Shown here: positions 31,069 to 32,000 of the stretch, piece by piece | How the letters are laid out: each line of letters begins with the position of its first letter | Position numbering within the stretch: the stretch's first letter is position 1 | From: Candidatus Nanoarchaeia archaeon | GTDB lineage: Archaea > Nanobdellota > Nanobdellia > Woesearchaeales > JANQNC01 | Assembly (NCBI GenBank): GCA_028279745.1 | Contig: JANQNC010000001.1 | Location: 480,001-512,000, forward strand | Direction: 5' to 3' | Length of the DNA stretch: 32,000 bases | Program-made: the position numbers and the translations under genes | Notes under the pieces: generated by a model | Database searches by the model: none | The model's input: only the letters and a program-made list of their open reading frames with translations | Told to the model about the DNA's origin: nothing

Positions 31069-32000
31069 ATGAAGATGATCTGGATAAATATTGTTGCAGC
31101 ATTCCTAATAGCTTGCGTTTCATCACTGTTCTTCTTTAAAGTAATCACACGAAAACTTAAATCAAAAAAAATATTCAGACTAGACACAAACAAGTATTCA
31201 AAAGAAAGAAAAGTACCTGCACTAGGAGGGATAGCAGCGTTCATGGGATTCATATTTACAATAACAGTGATGATGGGTGTTTTTGCAATATTTGATAAGA
31301 ATGTAATTGACACAAACATACTAATGTTTGGCTTATTGACAGTAACCTTACTTGCCCTACTTGGAATGGTAGATGACATCCTAGAGTTTACAAGAAAAAG
31401 AACGAAACCTCTGATGGCAATATTCGCAACAATACCTTTAGTTGCAGCAAACTACACCAAACAAACAATAGTCAATGTCCCGTTCATAGGAAATGTAGAA
31501 TTTGGAATACTATACGCATTAGTGATAATCCCAATAATCATCGTATTCTGTTCAAATGCAGTCAACATCTTAGCAGGATTAGATGGATTGGTTCCGGGGA
31601 TGGGCGCAATAGCAACATTAGGGTTACTGATAATATCATACATGAAGTTTAACACAACTGCAGTATTATTTCTGACTACTCTACTTGCAGTGCAGATGAC
31701 TTTATACAAGTATAACCGTTACCCTTCCAGGATACTTCCCGGCAACATAGGAACCTTATTTATTGGGGGTGCAATAGCCGTAGGAGCAATAATAGGAAAC
31801 ATAGAACGGGCATTGGTAATAGTTATGGTACCCTATGGTCTTCACTTCTTGTTATACATACGAACCTGGTTTAAGTTTACACCAAAAGCGATGGGCGATT
31901 ACACAACAAAAAAAGGGGTGCTGAAAACAAGAGCAAAAAAGTCATATGGGTTGACAATCTTCTTGATGAAACACTTCAAAAACATGACTGAAAAAAGTAT
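31069..32000 (+). CDS. Polyprenyl-phosphate HexNAc-1-phosphate transferase (MraY/WecA/GPT family; archaeal AglH-like), 310 codons; the C-terminus lies beyond the right edge
   Basis: Absent from the ORF track because it has no stop inside the window. My translation reads MKMIWINIVAAFLIACVSS...VPALGGIAAFMGF...LLGMVDDILEF...FCSNAVNILAGLDGLVPGMG...YPSRILPGNIGTLFIGGAIAVG... The D-D motif, N-x-x-N-x-x-A-G-x-D-G-L and P-G-x-x-G-S/T-x-x-x-G are hallmarks of this family. Confidence 0.9.
   Translation, partial: MKMIWINIVAAFLIACVSSLFFFKVITRKLKSKKIFRLDTNKYSKERKVPALGGIAAFMGFIFTITVMMGVFAIFDKNVIDTNILMFGLLTVTLLALLGMVDDILEFTRKRTKPLMAIFATIPLVAANYTKQTIVNVPFIGNVEFGILYALVIIPIIIVFCSNAVNILAGLDGLVPGMGAIATLGLLIISYMKFNTTAVLFLTTLLAVQMTLYKYNRYPSRILPGNIGTLFIGGAIAVGAIIGNIERALVIVMVPYGLHFLLYIRTWFKFTPKAMGDYTTKKGVLKTRAKKSYGLTIFLMKHFKNMTEKS

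Noticed and set aside
30966-31379. The track lists a 137-aa ORF here, and an 85-aa ORF at 31452..31709, on the minus strand.
   Set aside because: Both are antisense to the strongly supported MraY/GPT-family gene on the + strand. Their sequences are low-complexity hydrophobic mirror images with no start context.
1-32000. I looked for CRISPR arrays, IS elements, integrases, toxin-antitoxin or defence genes, and rRNA or tRNA genes.
   Set aside because: I could see no direct-repeat/spacer periodicity, no transposase- or integrase-like ORF, no long terminal inverted repeats, and no intergenic gap longer than 153 bp.

Overview
This AT-rich, very gene-dense window holds 30 protein-coding genes, two of them cut by the window edges. 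I saw no rRNA, tRNA, CRISPR array, IS element or prophage signal by eye. Three things point to an archaeon with a compact genome. (1) A-rich BRE-like tracts followed by TTTAWAWA boxes sit about 25-30 nt upstream of start codons or of GAGGTG Shine-Dalgarno sites. (2) The window encodes an AglH/GPT-type phosphosugar transferase and ArnT/PMT-like GT-C enzymes. (3) Several secreted proteins carry PEF-CTERM-like C-terminal tails. A DPANN-like source is only a guess. The whole window is one surface-glycan assembly island. It has 10 GT4-type genes (one a tandem double GT4), 4 GT2 genes (one a dolichyl-phosphate-hexose-synthase type), and 2 divergently transcribed GT-C membrane glycosyltransferases. 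It also has 2 Wzx-like flippases, 2 paralogous hexapeptide acetyltransferases, an SDR epimerase, an AlgD-like GDP-mannose 6-dehydrogenase and an initiating GlcNAc-1-P-transferase-like gene. No AglB-type oligosaccharyltransferase, Wzy-type polymerase or archaeosortase is recognisable. The most unusual part is 23.3-30.1 kb. Four secreted proteins there end in the same P-E-[F/L/M] + TM helix + Arg/Lys tail, an archaeosortase-type sorting signal. Two of them are tiny six-cysteine ectodomains of about 46-48 residues. They flank the AlgD-like gene and are co-transcribed with three uncharacterised membrane proteins that I could not place in any family. At the DNA level the locus is extremely compact. 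All four convergent gene pairs are 6 nt apart or closer, and two share a CTAA double stop. Two stop codons lie inside the next gene's TATA box. One palindromic ATTTAAAT box sits equidistant from two divergent ATGs. All family calls come from motif recognition by eye; no database search was possible.
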